Shown here: positions 62,478-64,000 of the stretch, one piece after another
Numbering within the stretch: position 1 is the first letter of the stretch
Layout: each line of letters begins with the position of its first letter
DNA from: Clostridia bacterium
Lineage (GTDB): Bacteria > Bacillota > Clostridia > Oscillospirales > CAG-272
DNA length: 64,000 nt
Direction: 5' to 3'
NCBI GenBank assembly: GCA_017501545.1
Contig: JAFVWS010000035.1
Location: 75,408 to 139,407, forward strand
Made by a program: the position numbers and the translations under genes
The notes under the pieces: generated by a model
Databases searched by the model: none
The model's input: the letters and a program-made list of their open reading frames with translations, nothing else
Told to the model about the DNA's origin: nothing

Positions 62478-62936
62478 TTAAGATGCACTTAACAAAGCAA
62501 TTGTAAGAATAAGTCCCAAAACCGTCATAACTATTCCAATTGGAATTGCAACAGTTGAAATTATCTTTCCTGCCTTTACAAATCCGTTTGATGGATATCC
62601 TGCATCAAAGTGCTTGTTCTTGAAGGATCTGCTAAGTGACACAAACACGATAAAGCATGGAAGCATAAAAATCAAGCCAAGAATTGGATAGCATGCAAGT
62701 AATGCAAATTCAATTGATACTGCACCGAACACCATTGATAAAATTGAATATTTTTTGCTGTATTTTTGTCTTACTGGTTGTTGATAGCTTGGCTGGTAGC
62801 TTTGTTGATAGCTATTATTTGGTGCTGACTGATAGCCTTGGTTATTAACGTCATTTACGCTATTTACCTTTGTTCCACAGTATTGGCATGTATCACTCTC
62901 TGGCTTAAGCATAGCGCCGCAAATTGGACAAAACAT
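62478..62936 (-). CDS. Zn-ribbon / Q,N,Y,P-rich linker / 2-TM protein, tandem paralog 1
   Basis: MFCPICG...CQYCGTKV is followed by NNQGYQSAPNNSYQQSYQPSYQQP and two TM helices. A GYP(S/Q)NGF(V/Y)KAG(K/R)I.STVAIP.G motif is shared with the next two genes. Confidence 0.6.
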   Translation of the reverse strand: MFCPICGAMLKPESDTCQYCGTKVNSVNDVNNQGYQSAPNNSYQQSYQPSYQQPVRQKYSKKYSILSMVFGAVSIEFALLACYPILGLIFMLPCFIVFVSLSRSFKNKHFDAGYPSNGFVKAGKIISTVAIPIGIVMTVLGLILTIALLSAS

Positions 62937-63075
62937 AATTATCCTCCTTTTAAATATTTTCTATATTATAATACTATATTTTATTTTTGTCAAGGAAACG
63001 ATAAGATTTTAATCCTCAAATTCAACAAAAAAAGAAAGCAAGCACTCACACTTGCTTACTTTTTTCTTTTTAATA

Positions 63076-63525
63076 TCAATAAGAAGCTGCAATTACTATA
63101 ATGAACATCAACATAAACATCAGCCCATATAAGCCATAGACAACTCCCAAAGGAATTGCAACCGTTGAAAGGATTTTACCCGCCTTGACAAATCCGTTTT
63201 GAGGGTAGCCCAATTCAAGATGCATCCTCGCGTATTTTTTGCTAAGTGCACAAAATGTAATAAATGCAGGCAAGAACATAAAAAGTCCAAAAAACGGAAT
63301 AAATGACATTACCGAAAATTCAAGTGCTGCCCCACCAAATGCCATTGACATAATTGAATTCTTTAGGTTGTATTTTGGGCGTGGCTGTTGGTAATATACG
63401 TAGCTGGGCGCACCTTGGGTGTCCTGTAGATAAGCTTGTGTGCTTCTTTCTATCTTAGTGCCACAATACGGACAAAAGTCGTGCGTTGGCTGAAGCCCTG
63501 CGCCACAAATAGGACAAAAATTCAT
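63076..63525 (-). CDS. Zn-ribbon / linker / 2-TM protein, tandem paralog 2
   Basis: I prefer ATG 63525 (MNFCPICG), which has ggagg upstream. The architecture and C-terminal motif match 62478..62936. Confidence 0.6.
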   Translation of the reverse strand: MNFCPICGAGLQPTHDFCPYCGTKIERSTQAYLQDTQGAPSYVYYQQPRPKYNLKNSIMSMAFGGAALEFSVMSFIPFFGLFMFLPAFITFCALSKKYARMHLELGYPQNGFVKAGKILSTVAIPLGVVYGLYGLMFMLMFIIVIAASY

Positions 63526-63540
63526 ATTCACCTCCGGGGC

Positions 63541-64000
63541 TTAGCCCTTAATAAGCATGCAAGTTAAAATGAATCCAAAGAAGGAAAATACTGCACCGAG
63601 CGGAATTGCAACCGTTGAAACAATCCTTCCTGCCTTATAAAAGCCGTTTTGTGGATAACCAAGACCAATGTGCTTTCTTGCAAATTTTTTGCTCAGCGCC
63701 GTAAATACAATAAACGCAGGCATAAACGCAATTAAGCCAAGGAGAGGATAAAGCGCAAATATTCCAAAGTAAATTGCCACTATACCAAATACCATTGACA
63801 TAATTGAGTATTTTAGGTTATATCTTGGGCGTGGTCTTGGTTGATAATATGGATTATATCCGTTTTGATAATTTGGTTGGTAATTATTTTGTGGCATGCC
63901 ATAGCCTTGATTTGGCTGATTATATGCCTGATATTCTTGTGTAGGGGCTTGTTGGCAAATCACCTTCGTGCCACAATATTGACAGGTGTCAGAGCCCGCC
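63541..64000 (-). CDS. Zn-ribbon / Q,N,Y,P-rich / 2-TM protein, tandem paralog 3 (the N-terminus runs off the window)
   Basis: The frame stays open upstream of 63963. Nucleotides 63964-64000 encode ...GSDTCQYCGTKV, the second half of the Zn ribbon. A Q/N/Y/P-rich linker and the conserved TM/C-terminal motif follow. Confidence 0.55.
   Translation of the reverse strand, partial: AGSDTCQYCGTKVICQQAPTQEYQAYNQPNQGYGMPQNNYQPNYQNGYNPYYQPRPRPRYNLKYSIMSMVFGIVAIYFGIFALYPLLGLIAFMPAFIVFTALSKKFARKHIGLGYPQNGFYKAGRIVSTVAIPLGAVFSFFGFILTCMLIKG

Overview
This window looks like a chromosomal segment from a spore-forming Firmicutes (Clostridia-type) genome, because spoIIE is present. It holds about 55 protein-coding genes, mostly on the minus strand. 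I recognised no rRNA, tRNA, CRISPR array, transposase or integrase. Housekeeping genes include pyruvate:ferredoxin oxidoreductase, a split transketolase, dxs, a comM/yifB-type ATPase, spoIIE, a giant BcrAD/BadFG activase-dehydratase fusion, a PlsC-type acyltransferase and a GH36 alpha-galactosidase cluster.

The most unusual region is a tightly packed 12-gene minus-strand operon at about 15.9-30.6 kb. It starts at a consensus promoter and ends at a strong terminator. It joins a reduced type VIIb secretion gene set to a signalling and effector set.
- Secretion genes: EssC, a YukD/EsaB-like protein, three WXG-type proteins, a Gly-rich putative substrate and DUF4176. No EsaA, EssA or EssB was recognised.
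- Signalling and effector genes: a small radical-SAM enzyme, a PP2C phosphatase, an intact Hanks kinase fused to an SPFH/YdjI-like domain and three Zn ribbons, a 4-TM protein, and a membrane-anchored Zn-ribbon-TIR-TPR protein ending in an L7/L12-CTD-like domain.

A second accessory block (39.6-47.7 kb) lies between transketolase and dxs. It is a nine-gene, translationally coupled, phage-tail-like island without any recognisable capsid, packaging, integrase or lysin genes.

The window also contains:
- two families of REP-like hairpin elements, one of which is associated with duplication of gene 3' ends (a 97-bp tandem array and a duplicated comM 3' end);
- duplicated terminator-promoter-leader modules;
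- a spoIIE promoter with a 21-nt spacer;
- several paralogous Cys-rich surface lipoproteins;
- three tandem Zn-ribbon membrane paralogs.

All functional calls come from motif recognition by eye in the supplied translations. No database search was run.
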